Below, one piece after another: positions 38,020 through 49,233 of a stretch of 64,000 nucleotides of DNA (its first letter is position 1; each line of letters opens with the position of its first letter). The stretch comes from Minisyncoccia bacterium. Its GTDB lineage: Bacteria; Patescibacteriota; Minisyncoccia; SW-4-49-11. The stretch lies in assembly GCA_044356725.1 (NCBI GenBank), contig JBIKVS010000003.1:4735-68734 (forward strand), written 5' to 3'. The position numbers and the translations under genes were made by a program. The notes under the pieces were generated by a model, which worked only from the letters and a program-made list of their open reading frames with translations, ran no database searches and had not been told where the DNA came from.

Positions 38020-38616
38020 TTATAAAAAAGCATATTGTGATTTATGAGTGTTTTCCTTTATAAATTGGTCTATATCATAATTCATATCTACTTTCAAGCG
38101 CAACCAACCATCTTTAGAAGGATATATTAAATGGTTTTTTGTAATACAATATTCAAAAATGTCTTTTGTTAATTTAACATCATTTATACAATAATCTGCT
38201 AAATCCTCTAATTTACCTTCTTGATATAAGCTCATTGCATTAGAGCCAGTTCCAGATTTATTTGTTCCCAGAGTCATACTAGCTATAGCGTCTAGACCCA
38301 ATCTTTTACCTGTATTAGCTCTGAACTCTCTTAGTATATCAAAAGAAGCTATACTAAAAAGGTCAAATTGATAATATTTATTCAAGATAGGAGTGTCAAA
38401 GTGATCATTATTGAATCCTACCAATAAATTCGCTTGCTTTAAATCTGCCTCTAAATCTGACAATTCTTCTAAAAAGTAAGTCTTATATTCATCTTTTGCA
38501 TAATTATATACTCCCACTACGGTTATCTGCATTTCATCTACAAAATTAGGTGATGAAATATTACCAATAGTTTCAATATCAAATACTAATATATTAGGGA
38601 ACTTATTGCTTATCAT
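38020..38616 (-). CDS. DEDD-family 3'-5' exonuclease (RNase H-like fold, YprB/PolB-exo-like)
   Basis: ILVFDIETIG (Exo I), GFNNDHFDTPIL (Exo II) and YCINDVKLT (Exo III, YxxxD) motifs. Confidence 0.55.
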   Translation of the reverse strand: MISNKFPNILVFDIETIGNISSPNFVDEMQITVVGVYNYAKDEYKTYFLEELSDLEADLKQANLLVGFNNDHFDTPILNKYYQFDLFSIASFDILREFRANTGKRLGLDAIASMTLGTNKSGTGSNAMSLYQEGKLEDLADYCINDVKLTKDIFEYCITKNHLIYPSKDGWLRLKVDMNYDIDQFIKENTHKSQYAFL

Positions 38617-39616
38617 AGTTAAAAATATCTCTATATATTATACGAGAAAGAGAAACTACTGGCATTGCTATTATAACCCCTAAGGGACCTGATAAAACTC
38701 CTCCTATCATTAAAGCGAATACTACCAGTAGTGCATTGGTATGACTAAATGACTTGAATATAATAGGTAGAAGTAAAAACTGTTTAATTAATTGTACACA
38801 TATAATTAATGCTATAGTTATGATGCCTAATATTGGAGATTGTACAAATGCAATGAGTATAATAATTAAGTATATAAGTACTGGCCCAAGAATTGGTATA
38901 AGTTGGAATATACCCGCCATAATTCCTAATATTGCAGCATATTGAAACTCTAGAATAGAAAGCACAGTATATATGAATATCCCCATAGTAAGAGCAATAC
39001 TAGCTTCCACAAATGCCCATTTTCCTATATGATATTGTAATTTGTGAATTATATTAGGTATATTCTCTTTTATTTCAGCTGGAACAAATAACTTTATCAA
39101 TGCATTTAACCCAGAGTCATTAACCGAAATATAAAATGCTAATATAAAAATTAGCAGAGTATAGGTTAAGACCTCTCCTAAACCAGATAAAATACTTATT
39201 GTTAATTGACCTAAATTCGGTATAAAATTTGTGAACTGACTGAATTGAAAGTTATCTATTGGTAATCCTGTAATGATTATTCCTGATTCTAGTTGCTTCA
39301 ATAGAGTATTAATCAGCTCAATAAACCCATAGCTTTCCTTAATTAATAATGGTAATAAAAGACCAATACTAGCAATAGTTAAAATTAATATTAATACAAA
39401 AATAGATATCAATCCATATTTATAACCAAATTTATACTTATCTTGTAATAAATTCGCGAAATATTTAGCAAATGAGGCTAATATAAATGATATTATAATA
39501 GTTAATACTAAATATCTAATATATATCAAAAATAAAAATATCAGTATAAATAAGGTTAATATTAATAGTGATTTTCTTGATATAGATATTGTGTTTTTAT
39601 TGTCTTGTTTTGGCAT
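38603..39616 (-). CDS. AI-2E family transporter (PerM/UPF0118)
   Basis: Polytopic, with the family-typical C-terminal region LIPILGPVLIYLIIILIAFVQSP. Confidence 0.7.
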   Translation of the reverse strand: MPKQDNKNTISISRKSLLILTLFILIFLFLIYIRYLVLTIIISFILASFAKYFANLLQDKYKFGYKYGLISIFVLILILTIASIGLLLPLLIKESYGFIELINTLLKQLESGIIITGLPIDNFQFSQFTNFIPNLGQLTISILSGLGEVLTYTLLIFILAFYISVNDSGLNALIKLFVPAEIKENIPNIIHKLQYHIGKWAFVEASIALTMGIFIYTVLSILEFQYAAILGIMAGIFQLIPILGPVLIYLIIILIAFVQSPILGIITIALIICVQLIKQFLLLPIIFKSFSHTNALLVVFALMIGGVLSGPLGVIIAMPVVSLSRIIYRDIFNYDKQ

Positions 39617-39619
39617 ATA

Positions 39620-40795
39620 TTATTCTGGTCTCTCTTCCAAAGTTAAGGATAACTTTTCTTCTTTTCCGTCTCTAATAACTAAAAGTTCAATTTTATCTCC
39701 TATTTTATATTGCGAGACTACATCGGCCAATTGTTGTTTTATAGATAAATTTTTATCGTTAATTTTGGTTATAATATCTCCAGTTTTAAGCCCTGATTTA
39801 GCAGCAGGTGAATTAGGAACTATTGCTGGAGATTGAGCATCTCCAATAATCAAAGCTCCATTTTCTACCCCATACTGTTTGGATTGATCTGATCCAGGAA
39901 CAATCATATTATAGCGAACTCCAATAAATGGCACTTTCACTTTACCAAATTTCTTATAATCCTCAATCATTCTCACTACTACATTGGAAGGGATTGCAAA
40001 GCCTATACTTTGAGCACCCTCTGCTGTAGCTACATTAACTCCAATTACTTTAGCATTAATATCTAATAAAGGACCTCCTGAATTACCTTGATTGATAGCA
40101 GCATCAGTTTGAATAACTTGAGATAATTGTTCTGAATTACCCATTTTATCCGAAGCTACAATAGATCTTCTTAATCCAGATATGACCCCTCTACTAACAG
40201 TATTATCAAATTCATTTAAGGCATTACCTATTGCTACTGCAGTTTGTCCAACTTTAAGCTGCTCAGAATCTGCAAATTCTACTGGTTTTAAATTATCTTT
40301 ATCTACTTTAATAATAGCCAAATCTTGAGTAGGGTGTAAAGCTTTTACCTCAGCTTTAGATTCTGAACCATCATTAAATAGAACTTTATAGGTAGCACTA
40401 GAGTCTGAGACCACATGTTTATTAGTTATAATTAATCCATCTGATGATACAACAAAGCCAGTTCCGCCACCTATAGTTCTGTTCACATCTTCATTTTGTG
40501 GTAAATTCTCTTGTGTTGGGACTCCAAAAAAATAATCAAACGGAGTAGACCTTCTGAGTGGTATCTGTTTTGAAATAGATATACTCACTACTGATTGATT
40601 AGACTTCTCAACCAAATCAATGATAGCCGATTGTTCTTCTGAGACACTAAGATTGCTAGTTTGAATAGTTGTATTTTGGACTTTATCTATATAAGAGAAT
40701 GCTATTCCTCCACCTAAAAAACCGGTAAGAGACGAAGCTAAAACACTAATTAGAACTATATTCGCTATCTTTTGTTGATTTAATTCTGTAGACAT
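39620..40795 (-). CDS. HtrA/DegP-family serine protease with PDZ domain
   Basis: Catalytic GNSGGPLLD in a trypsin-like domain, a C-terminal PDZ and an N-terminal TM anchor. Confidence 0.85.
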   Translation of the reverse strand: MSTELNQQKIANIVLISVLASSLTGFLGGGIAFSYIDKVQNTTIQTSNLSVSEEQSAIIDLVEKSNQSVVSISISKQIPLRRSTPFDYFFGVPTQENLPQNEDVNRTIGGGTGFVVSSDGLIITNKHVVSDSSATYKVLFNDGSESKAEVKALHPTQDLAIIKVDKDNLKPVEFADSEQLKVGQTAVAIGNALNEFDNTVSRGVISGLRRSIVASDKMGNSEQLSQVIQTDAAINQGNSGGPLLDINAKVIGVNVATAEGAQSIGFAIPSNVVVRMIEDYKKFGKVKVPFIGVRYNMIVPGSDQSKQYGVENGALIIGDAQSPAIVPNSPAAKSGLKTGDIITKINDKNLSIKQQLADVVSQYKIGDKIELLVIRDGKEEKLSLTLEERPE

Positions 40796-40874
40796 ATTAT
40801 TAAATATATTATCTAGTAATGTATAATTTTATTATATCATATTTATATATATTTTAAAACAAATATGTAAAGTT

Positions 40875-43800
40875 CTATTTTAATCTTAACAAATAAGTTC
40901 CACTCTGGTTATTATAAACCTGAAACCTCCCTCCAACTACTATCTTTCCATCTGATTGGATAGCGATAGTATTGACAGTCTCATTAAATCCTGTACCTAT
41001 CTCAAAACTATTATCTCTACTTCCATTACTATTGAGTCTTATTATTCTATTAGCTGATGCTCCTCCTTGATCTATAATTTCTGTATAATCATATTCTTCA
41101 TTATACTCTAACTCTCCCTGATATAACTCAAACCCTCCTCCTACTACTATCTTTCCATCTGATTGGATAGCGATAGTATTGACAGTCTCATTAAATCCTG
41201 TACCTATCTCAAAACTATCATCTCTACTTCCATCATTATTTAAACGAATTATTCCATTAGCTGAGGATCCTCCTTGATCTATAATTTCTGTATAATCATA
41301 TTCTTCATTATACTCTAACTCTCCCTGATATAGGTTAAAATATCCTCCAACTACTATCTTACCATCTGATTGGATAGCGATAGTATTGACAGTACCATCA
41401 AATCCTGTGCCTATCTCAAAACTATTATCTCTACTTCCATTACTATTGAGTCGGATTATGCTATTAGCTGATGCTCCTTTATAATTGCTAAAGTCTCCTC
41501 CTACTATTATCTTTCCATCACTTTGGATAGCGATAGTATTGACAGTCTCATTAAATCCTGTACCTATCTCAAAACTATCATCTCTACTTCCATCACTATT
41601 TAAACGAATTATTCCATTAGCTGAGGATCCTCCTTGATCTATCATTTCTGTATAATCATATTCTTCATTATACTCTAACTCTCCCTGATATAGGTTAAAA
41701 TATCCTCCAACTACTATCTTACCATCTGATTGGATAGCGATAGTATTGACAGTACCATCAAATCCTGTGCCTATCTCAAAACTATTATCTCTACTTCCAT
41801 TACTATTGAGTCGGATTATGCTATTAGCTGATGCTCCTTTATAATTGCTAAAGTCTCCTCCTACTACTATCTTTCCATCTGATTGGATAGCGATAGTATT
41901 GACAGTACCATCAAATCCTGTGCCTATCTCAAAACTATTATCTCTACTTCCATCACTATTTAAACGAATTATTCCATTAGCTGATTCTCCTTTATAATTG
42001 CTAAAACCTCCTCCTACTATTATCTTTCCATCACTTTGAGTTTTAACTATATCGACATCTGAGTCAAAAGAAATTTTATTGGTGTATTTAATTCTAAGTG
42101 ACAATCCACTATCAAAGTCAGTAGATCTACTACCGTCCAAATTAAATTTTAGAATACTTCCGATAGTAACGTCAATTGCTCCTCCATCAGTATTAAAGTT
42201 AGAAATCCATTCCTCATTTTCAAAATCTATCGTCTGCATATCAATTAATTCTCCATCTGCATTATATACATTATTAACTGTTGTAAACAAAGCTCCTCCT
42301 AGAAAAATAGTGTTATTAACTAATAACATTCTATCCGCGATATTAGGTGTTAATAAACTATTCATATCTAAACTAAAACTTGTATCTCTACTTCCATCAC
42401 TATTTAGTTTTAAAATATTTCCTCCAAAATCTTCAATTTCCCCAGAAAAATTTCTAAATAAGATAAATATAGTACCATCGCTTTGTTCATAAATATCTTG
42501 TATATAAAAGTATGTGTTTATACTTGGTAAAGATATATCTGAATTAAATGATAAATCTTTTTCACCATTGCTTGTTAACCTAATTAATCTATTTACTGAA
42601 TTGTTTTGATATGTTCTAAAATCTCCTCCTACCAATATCTTGCCATCAGTTTGTAACAATATACTGTTGACTACACCTCCACCAAACCAATCACCAAACC
42701 CTGACCCCATATCAAAGCTGCTATCTCTACTACCATCACTATTTAATCGAATTATTTTATTTGCTCCCAAGCCATTATAACTAGTAAAATTTCCTCCTAT
42801 CAATATCTTGCCATCTGACTGAACAACCAATTTATACACAGACCTATCTATACCTGAAAAACCCGTGCCTATATTAAAGCTTGTATCTCTACTTCCATCA
42901 CTATTTAATCGGATTATTCTATTTGCTCCTACACCATTATAACTAGTAAAATTTCCTCCTACTATTATCTTGCCATCTTCCTGTATGGCTAAAGTATTGA
43001 CAGAATCATCCCCGGCCGTTGTTCCATCCAGACTCCCCCTAAATCCTGTCCCTATATTAAAGCTTGTATCTCTACTTCCATCACTATTAAGTCTAACTAT
43101 TCCATTAGTTGATTCTCCTAGATACTCATTAAAATCTCCTCCTACCAATATCTTTCCATCTGACTGTTCCTTTATATCAAATACACAGCAACTTATGTCA
43201 CCTGAATTAAAACTTTCATCTATATCTCCATTTTGATTAATTCTAAATATATTATTGATATAATCACTATTAATTGTATTTACTAGTATATTACCATCAC
43301 TTTGTAATTCGAAAACAGTAGATTGTATGAGTTCAGATTCTAAAAAATTGTCAATATCAATAATGTACCTATTGGAATCAGAAATTAATTCAAACCCAAA
43401 ATTTCCTGTGTAAAAATCTTTATCTATTATTCCTGTGGCTGTGTTTAAAGGAGGATTTATACCATCATCTACATCATCTGTATCTGGAGGGATAACTGAT
43501 GGATTTGGAGTAGTTGGGATATTAGGTGTAATTGGATTTATAGGTAAATTAGGTACACTAGGAATACTTGGGACATTCGGTATACTTGGTTTATTAGTTA
43601 TACTTGGTAATTCTATTGGCTTATTATTTGTAATAGGTGGTTTATAAACTTCTATTGGAGAATATCTCAAAGGCTGACTTCTTATACCCCTATATTCTCC
43701 CCTTATATTATTAACTATTGTTGCTATACGTTGTTCTCGTTTTTCCTCATTCTCTCTTGTTACTACTGTGCTATTTCTATCATCTACATCTTGATCTCTG

Positions 43801-43958
43801 TTATTCTCTACTTTACTATTTTCTATCTTATTAACTGATTCTATATTTAATTCATCAATATCTGTATTTATATTATATATAATATATACTCCTAATACTA
43901 ATCCTATACTGATTCCTATTGTTAATAGGATATTTTTTAAATTTACTTTTCTCTGCAT
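40875..43958 (-). CDS. Giant surface protein with delta-60-type beta-propeller repeats and a Pro-rich stalk
   Basis: N-terminal TM; Pro-rich linker (PSIPNVPSIPSVPNLPINPITPNIPTTPNPSVIPP); then more than 10 repeats of IIRLNSDGSRD.SF.IGTGF.GTVNTIAIQSDGKI.VGG.F, matching the delta-60 repeat pattern. Confidence 0.6.
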   Translation of the reverse strand: MQRKVNLKNILLTIGISIGLVLGVYIIYNINTDIDELNIESVNKIENSKVENNRDQDVDDRNSTVVTRENEEKREQRIATIVNNIRGEYRGIRSQPLRYSPIEVYKPPITNNKPIELPSITNKPSIPNVPSIPSVPNLPINPITPNIPTTPNPSVIPPDTDDVDDGINPPLNTATGIIDKDFYTGNFGFELISDSNRYIIDIDNFLESELIQSTVFELQSDGNILVNTINSDYINNIFRINQNGDIDESFNSGDISCCVFDIKEQSDGKILVGGDFNEYLGESTNGIVRLNSDGSRDTSFNIGTGFRGSLDGTTAGDDSVNTLAIQEDGKIIVGGNFTSYNGVGANRIIRLNSDGSRDTSFNIGTGFSGIDRSVYKLVVQSDGKILIGGNFTSYNGLGANKIIRLNSDGSRDSSFDMGSGFGDWFGGGVVNSILLQTDGKILVGGDFRTYQNNSVNRLIRLTSNGEKDLSFNSDISLPSINTYFYIQDIYEQSDGTIFILFRNFSGEIEDFGGNILKLNSDGSRDTSFSLDMNSLLTPNIADRMLLVNNTIFLGGALFTTVNNVYNADGELIDMQTIDFENEEWISNFNTDGGAIDVTIGSILKFNLDGSRSTDFDSGLSLRIKYTNKISFDSDVDIVKTQSDGKIIVGGGFSNYKGESANGIIRLNSDGSRDNSFEIGTGFDGTVNTIAIQSDGKIVVGGDFSNYKGASANSIIRLNSNGSRDNSFEIGTGFDGTVNTIAIQSDGKIVVGGYFNLYQGELEYNEEYDYTEMIDQGGSSANGIIRLNSDGSRDDSFEIGTGFNETVNTIAIQSDGKIIVGGDFSNYKGASANSIIRLNSNGSRDNSFEIGTGFDGTVNTIAIQSDGKIVVGGYFNLYQGELEYNEEYDYTEIIDQGGSSANGIIRLNNDGSRDDSFEIGTGFNETVNTIAIQSDGKIVVGGGFELYQGELEYNEEYDYTEIIDQGGASANRIIRLNSNGSRDNSFEIGTGFNETVNTIAIQSDGKIVVGGRFQVYNNQSGTYLLRLK
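40930..42060. repeat. Near-identical intragenic tandem DNA repeats (360-bp super-unit made of 207-bp plus 153-bp sub-units)
   Basis: The 22-mer ggatagcgatagtattgacagt recurs at 40958, 41165, 41372, 41525, 41732 and 41885 (spacings 207/207/153/207/153). Long stretches are identical, e.g. about 41281-41510 against 41641-41870. Confidence 0.8.
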
Positions 43959-44043
43959 ATATTTTATTTATAAATTATAACTTATCTTTATTTTATCATA
44001 TTTATATATATGCTTTAATATAACTTATCAACAATTCACACAA

Positions 44044-45159
44044 TCAACCAAATATATCCTGGGAGTCCTTCATAAATATTGTACCTTGAGATAGTTTATA
44101 CTTTTGTACAGATAAAACTAAACCTATCAACATCCAATATACTAACATCGAACTACCTCCATAACTCATAAATGGTAGTGGCACTCCTGTAATTGGTAGA
44201 GCTCCTATATTCATTCCAATATTAATCATTAATTGAATTATAATAGATAAAACCACCCCTAATATGATTAATCTAGGAAAGCTATCTTGAGACTTAAAAC
44301 CTATATATAATATTCTTCCTATGATTAATAATATAATCATAAAGTAAATAGAGACACCTATAAATCCCCATTGTTGTGCAAAACCTGAAAAAATAAAATC
44401 AGTATGTACCTCTGGAACAAATACAATCTGCTCTTTTACCCCCATTAAACCTCCCGAACTTACAGACTTCATAGATTGTAATATATTATATCCACTTCCC
44501 AAAGGATCAGAGGTTGGATCAAGAAAAGTCAAAATTCTTTGCTTTTGATAGTCTTTAAAAACCCAAATCCAAAGACTACTTGTACTAACTAAACCCATAA
44601 TAAATAAGATAAAAATATGCTGCAATTTAATGCCTCCAAAAATAACCATACCAAGCCAAATAGATATTAGAATCGCAGCCGTCCCAAAGTCAGGTTGCAG
44701 TAAAACTAATGATACTATGATAAAAACTGGTAGTAATGATAGAATTATAGATAAAAAGCTATTAATCTTATGATGATATCTAGTAAAATAATGAGAAACT
44801 ATTAGAATCACTACTATCTTAGCAAATTCTGCTGGTTGTAAATTAAATATCCCAATTGAAAACCAGCTTTTAGCTCCATTGATTCTATCGCCAAATATTA
44901 AAACCAGTATTAATAAGCTGCTTATCCCAAAAAATAAGGGTTGAATTAAAGTAGAAAAGACTCGATAATCAATTTGTGAAATTATAATAGCCATAGTAAG
45001 ACCGATTATAATAGATATTATATGTTTTATAATCAAACTTTGACTTACTATAGATATCCCATTCATATTGAGCCCAATAAGTACAATTAATCCCATAGAG
45101 GAAAGAGCCAATACTAGCAAAATAGTTAACCAATCTATTGAAAACACTAATTTTCTCAT
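44044..45159 (-). CDS. SEDS-family protein, second copy (RodA-like)
   Basis: FtsW/RodA family features (NLQPAEFAKIVVILIVSHYF...PITGVPLPFMSYGGSSM); not embedded in the dcw block. Confidence 0.7.
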   Translation of the reverse strand: MRKLVFSIDWLTILLVLALSSMGLIVLIGLNMNGISIVSQSLIIKHIISIIIGLTMAIIISQIDYRVFSTLIQPLFFGISSLLILVLIFGDRINGAKSWFSIGIFNLQPAEFAKIVVILIVSHYFTRYHHKINSFLSIILSLLPVFIIVSLVLLQPDFGTAAILISIWLGMVIFGGIKLQHIFILFIMGLVSTSSLWIWVFKDYQKQRILTFLDPTSDPLGSGYNILQSMKSVSSGGLMGVKEQIVFVPEVHTDFIFSGFAQQWGFIGVSIYFMIILLIIGRILYIGFKSQDSFPRLIILGVVLSIIIQLMINIGMNIGALPITGVPLPFMSYGGSSMLVYWMLIGLVLSVQKYKLSQGTIFMKDSQDIFG

Positions 45160-45165
45160 ACACTT

Positions 45166-45930
45166 TTATCTCTCAAAGATAGGTTTCTGTTGTAATTCAA
45201 TTAATAATTCTCTATCTCTTAACACATTACTTTGAGCATATATTTTGGTATTATCTTTAATTGCTCCTGGCAACTCTTCTTTCCAGATCATTTCAAAGTC
45301 TCTTGACTCTAGAGTTAGCACATCTCTAATTAAAGTTTGATTTACTCCTATTATATTTGAATTATCATCTGTTATAATCGCTATAACTTGTATATTTTTC
45401 AGGTTCACCGGACTAGCATTGGTAAGTATTCCAAAAACTGTAAAAGCATTGCCAGCTTTATTTGAAATACCTAAACTTACATTTCTAGTTACTAATTCTG
45501 GTAAGCTAGATTTTGATAATTGAGCCCATTCTGGTTCCTGATTTATCTTAAAGTCTTGTAATTCATATTCTGATGACACATCCAATAAAAGAACATATCT
45601 TTTCTTATCCCCTGGCAATATAAATGTATCTCCTCTTCTTATAGATTCTGTACCATTAGAATTATTCAAAATGAAACTATATTCTAGTTTTGCCACCCCA
45701 TAATCATCATTGGGATTACTTAGTTCAACCCAAAAGTCTGCTTTACCATTGCCTAAATCTATTTTACCAGATTTTATAATTTGGATTGGCTGTATGAAAG
45801 GCTTATCTTCAACAATAACTGGAGTAGATGGAAATAAAGTTATAACAATTAAAAATATAATAGTGGAAAAAACCATCAAATATACTGATGCAATAATAGT
45901 TTGTTTTATTCTTCTTTGAGAGGCTGTCAT
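45166..45930 (-). CDS. Hypothetical membrane-anchored protein
   Basis: 254 aa with an N-terminal TM helix; tightly coupled upstream of the rodA-like gene. Confidence 0.4.
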   Translation of the reverse strand: MTASQRRIKQTIIASVYLMVFSTIIFLIVITLFPSTPVIVEDKPFIQPIQIIKSGKIDLGNGKADFWVELSNPNDDYGVAKLEYSFILNNSNGTESIRRGDTFILPGDKKRYVLLLDVSSEYELQDFKINQEPEWAQLSKSSLPELVTRNVSLGISNKAGNAFTVFGILTNASPVNLKNIQVIAIITDDNSNIIGVNQTLIRDVLTLESRDFEMIWKEELPGAIKDNTKIYAQSNVLRDRELLIELQQKPIFER

Positions 45931-46024
45931 ATTAATTTATAAAATATTATTTAATTTTAGTATATCAGAAATTTGCTTTTTATGATATAATATATTATAT
46001 CCTTAATAAATACGAAAATACTAT

Positions 46025-47098
46025 ATGTATAAACCTGGTTATAGTGTACTATTATTAACAATAATTATATCAACTATAGGAGTAGCTTTAGCTGTAAGTG
46101 CCCTTAGTAATAGTACTCAAATTGCAAGAACTAATATTAATATTACTGATGTTGTCCTAAATAAATCTAAAGCCTCAAGTTGTGTGGAAAAGGTCTTTAC
46201 TAAGTTAAAATCATATAGATTTTATGGCGGAGATGAGACCTTTGAAGATGGATGTAGAGTCTATACTATCTCAGGTATTGGGAATAGTGAAAGAGTTATC
46301 TACACCAAAGTAGAATCTTCTATCCTAGAGACTAAAATTAAACAAATTAATCCTAACATAATTATAGACTATCAAAAACAAATTACAAATGATCAATTAA
46401 TTCAAGCACAAGAGAATAACCCCTATGTGATTGACCCTAAAGCTATAAGATTATGGCTAAAGGCAGATAGAGCTGAGGCTAACAATAATAATCCCGTATT
46501 TAGTGTTAAAAACTCTACTGATGATTTAATCGACTTTGCTCAGCTTACTAATGCTCCAAATCTAGCTCCAACATTAATTACTAATGCTATTAACAATAGA
46601 CCTGCATTAAGATTTGATGGTATAGATGATTTTCTTACCAGTACCACTACTTCTATACATACTAATAATGGATTAAGTATAATTGTAGTAGGAAAAACTA
46701 GTAATACTGCCAATAATAATCAGACTTATATTGGGAAATTTGATACTACTAATAATGAAAGAGAATGGAGATTGCAAAATGATGAATTTAATATCACAGA
46801 TAGTAACTTGTCCTTTGCAAATAATAATACTAACTTTAATATATTGACTGCACTATGGTCACCAACTTCTCCTCAAATGAGCTTATCTATAAATAATAAT
46901 CCAGCAACTACTGCTACTGGTTCAACTAGTATAACCAATACCACCGAGCCAATTATTGTTGGAGCTAATCTACAAGGAAGTACTGGATTCTTGAATGGGG
47001 ATATTGCTGAAATTTTGGTTTATAATAAAAAATTAAGCACAGATGAGTTAAATAAAGTCAAAACTTATATGAACTCTAAATATAGTCTTTACCCATAA
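46025..47098 (+). CDS. Secreted/pilin-like protein with C-terminal LamG-like (concanavalin A-like) domain
   Basis: N-terminal hydrophobic segment KPGYSVLLLTIIISTIGVALAV is pilin-like but lacks Glu at +5. The C-terminal end LNGDIAEILVYNKKLSTDELNKVKTYMN is typical of a LamG domain. Confidence 0.5.
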   Translation: MYKPGYSVLLLTIIISTIGVALAVSALSNSTQIARTNINITDVVLNKSKASSCVEKVFTKLKSYRFYGGDETFEDGCRVYTISGIGNSERVIYTKVESSILETKIKQINPNIIIDYQKQITNDQLIQAQENNPYVIDPKAIRLWLKADRAEANNNNPVFSVKNSTDDLIDFAQLTNAPNLAPTLITNAINNRPALRFDGIDDFLTSTTTSIHTNNGLSIIVVGKTSNTANNNQTYIGKFDTTNNEREWRLQNDEFNITDSNLSFANNNTNFNILTALWSPTSPQMSLSINNNPATTATGSTSITNTTEPIIVGANLQGSTGFLNGDIAEILVYNKKLSTDELNKVKTYMNSKYSLYP

Positions 47099-47101
47099 AA
47101 T

Positions 47102-48970
47102 ATGAAAAAATATTCAGGATTTACATTATTAGAAATACTATTATATGTAGTTATTGGTGGAGTCACTTTAGCTGTAGCTGTATTTTCATTTGCTCAATTG
47201 AATAGACTCTCTACTTCTTTTAGAGTTAATAATGAATTAAATCAAACTGGCAGCTCAATTATTAGTCAAATTCAAAATATAATCAATGAAGCTGATACTA
47301 TTATAAGTCCCAAATTAGGTAATAATCCTGATAACACTCTAGTCTTGAGAAAAGGGAATGTCGACACTACTATAACCCAATCAGATAATAATATAGTTGT
47401 ATCTTATAGTGATAGTACCCCATCCTTCAATCTGAATCCAGCTGGGATACTAGCTGTAAACACTCCATCACCCACTCTATCATTCGAACAAATTGATACT
47501 CAAGAGAATAAAGATCCAAACAATATATCTCAAACTCTAAAGCTAAAATTTACTCTTAGGTATAACAAACCTGCCTTTAGTAGTTATGAATATGAGGCTG
47601 AGAAGGCTTTTGAAACTACTTTACAATTATCTAAAAAAGCCACTGCCTTTGAGCCTATTCTTAACACATATTCAACAGGAGCCAATGGAGTCGCTTATGG
47701 GTTAAGAAAATTAGTTGGATTTAATACTAATACCAATCTATTATCCTCAGCCTATAATGGACCTGCAATTAGAGTTAGAAGAGATACTGGATTAGATCAA
47801 AGTGAAATGGATATAGGCTTTAATTCTAGAGGAGAATTAGACACAGTAGCTTTACAAAATTTTGTTGGTTATCAAAACTTTTTTAATTATTCTGAAGATA
47901 TAACTAGTCCTAATGGTGGTTGGAGTTTGAATAATATAACAACCATATCAGATAATACAATAGCACCTGATGGGACTAATACTGCTGAGAAAGTTAATCT
48001 GAATACTGGTAATACTCAAAGATTTATATTAAAGGATACAAATATAGTCAGTGGGGCTACTTATACCGACTCCTATTATGTAAAAGCTAATAATAATTAT
48101 AATTTTGTTCAGATAGCAACTAGTACTGGTTTTTCAACCACAGCTTATCAGAACTATAATCTAAGCAATGGCACACTGGTAAGTTCATCTGGAGTTACTG
48201 CTGGGCAAGCTAATATTCAATCTGTAGGAAATGGTTGGTATCGTATTTCTCTCTCAGCCACAGCTACTGCATCTGGTGCTGGAAGAATGGTTTTAGCTAT
48301 TGTAAATTCAGCTACTTCTGCCAGATTAGAGAATGTCAATGTAGCTAATACTACAGACTCAATATTTGTATGGGGTGGCATGAGACATCTTGGGAACACC
48401 CTGAAGACTTATCAAAAAACAACTATCAATGCTAATACTGGGGACGGGTATATCTCTACTTGGTATGACCAATCTGGCAATAAGAATAATGCTATTCAAA
48501 CTAATACATCAGCTCAACCTAAAATTGTAGATGGAGTTACAGGAATAGTATTACAAAATAATAAACCAGCCATTAGATTTGATGGTTCTGATGACCAATT
48601 AGTAAATACATCTTTTAATAATGCTACCAACTCTACAGCATTCTTTATAGCTAGTAGACTCACTAACAATCAATCCTTTATGGCAAGATCTAACAATTAT
48701 GCTACCTTAGGAGCTACAGATTTATTCAATCCATATTATCTGAATAAATCTAGCACATCTGCAACACCTGGATCAGATACTAAAAATAGTCTAAATCTAT
48801 ATACAGCTATTAGAACTTCAGCTATTAATAGCACTCTTAATATAGGAGCTGGAAGTACTGGAAATTTCTTAAATGGTCATATATCTGAGCTAATTATATA
48901 TGATGGTAATAAATTAGCTAATAAATTAGATATTGAGAATAATCTTAGAGATTATTACGGAACTCCATAA
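47102..48970 (+). CDS. Prepilin-type N-terminus fused to a large LamG-like domain protein
   Basis: Leader MKKYSG|FTLLEILLYVVIGGVTLAV; C-terminal GNFLNGHISELIIYDGNKLANKLDIENNL, a LamG-type end; 622 aa. Confidence 0.6.
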   Translation: MKKYSGFTLLEILLYVVIGGVTLAVAVFSFAQLNRLSTSFRVNNELNQTGSSIISQIQNIINEADTIISPKLGNNPDNTLVLRKGNVDTTITQSDNNIVVSYSDSTPSFNLNPAGILAVNTPSPTLSFEQIDTQENKDPNNISQTLKLKFTLRYNKPAFSSYEYEAEKAFETTLQLSKKATAFEPILNTYSTGANGVAYGLRKLVGFNTNTNLLSSAYNGPAIRVRRDTGLDQSEMDIGFNSRGELDTVALQNFVGYQNFFNYSEDITSPNGGWSLNNITTISDNTIAPDGTNTAEKVNLNTGNTQRFILKDTNIVSGATYTDSYYVKANNNYNFVQIATSTGFSTTAYQNYNLSNGTLVSSSGVTAGQANIQSVGNGWYRISLSATATASGAGRMVLAIVNSATSARLENVNVANTTDSIFVWGGMRHLGNTLKTYQKTTINANTGDGYISTWYDQSGNKNNAIQTNTSAQPKIVDGVTGIVLQNNKPAIRFDGSDDQLVNTSFNNATNSTAFFIASRLTNNQSFMARSNNYATLGATDLFNPYYLNKSSTSATPGSDTKNSLNLYTAIRTSAINSTLNIGAGSTGNFLNGHISELIIYDGNKLANKLDIENNLRDYYGTP

Positions 48971-49233
48971 GTTTAGTTAATATTTTTTAAAGTAAGTTTA
49001 TGTTCTCTGAAATATAATACGGTAAATCTCAGTATTTTTTAAATCCAAAAGGACTGAGCTCTGCCTTCTAAAAATCACTACCTACTTTTTACCTCTTAAC
49101 CCATGTTTTCATAGATAAGCCTCGGCTTTTGTCATTGATGATCTGAGCTTATTTTCTACGGCCTTGAGATGTTTATTATATTTATTGTTTTCTCTCATCT
49201 ATTTTGGTGTTTAGATAAAGTTGGAAGATCTTA

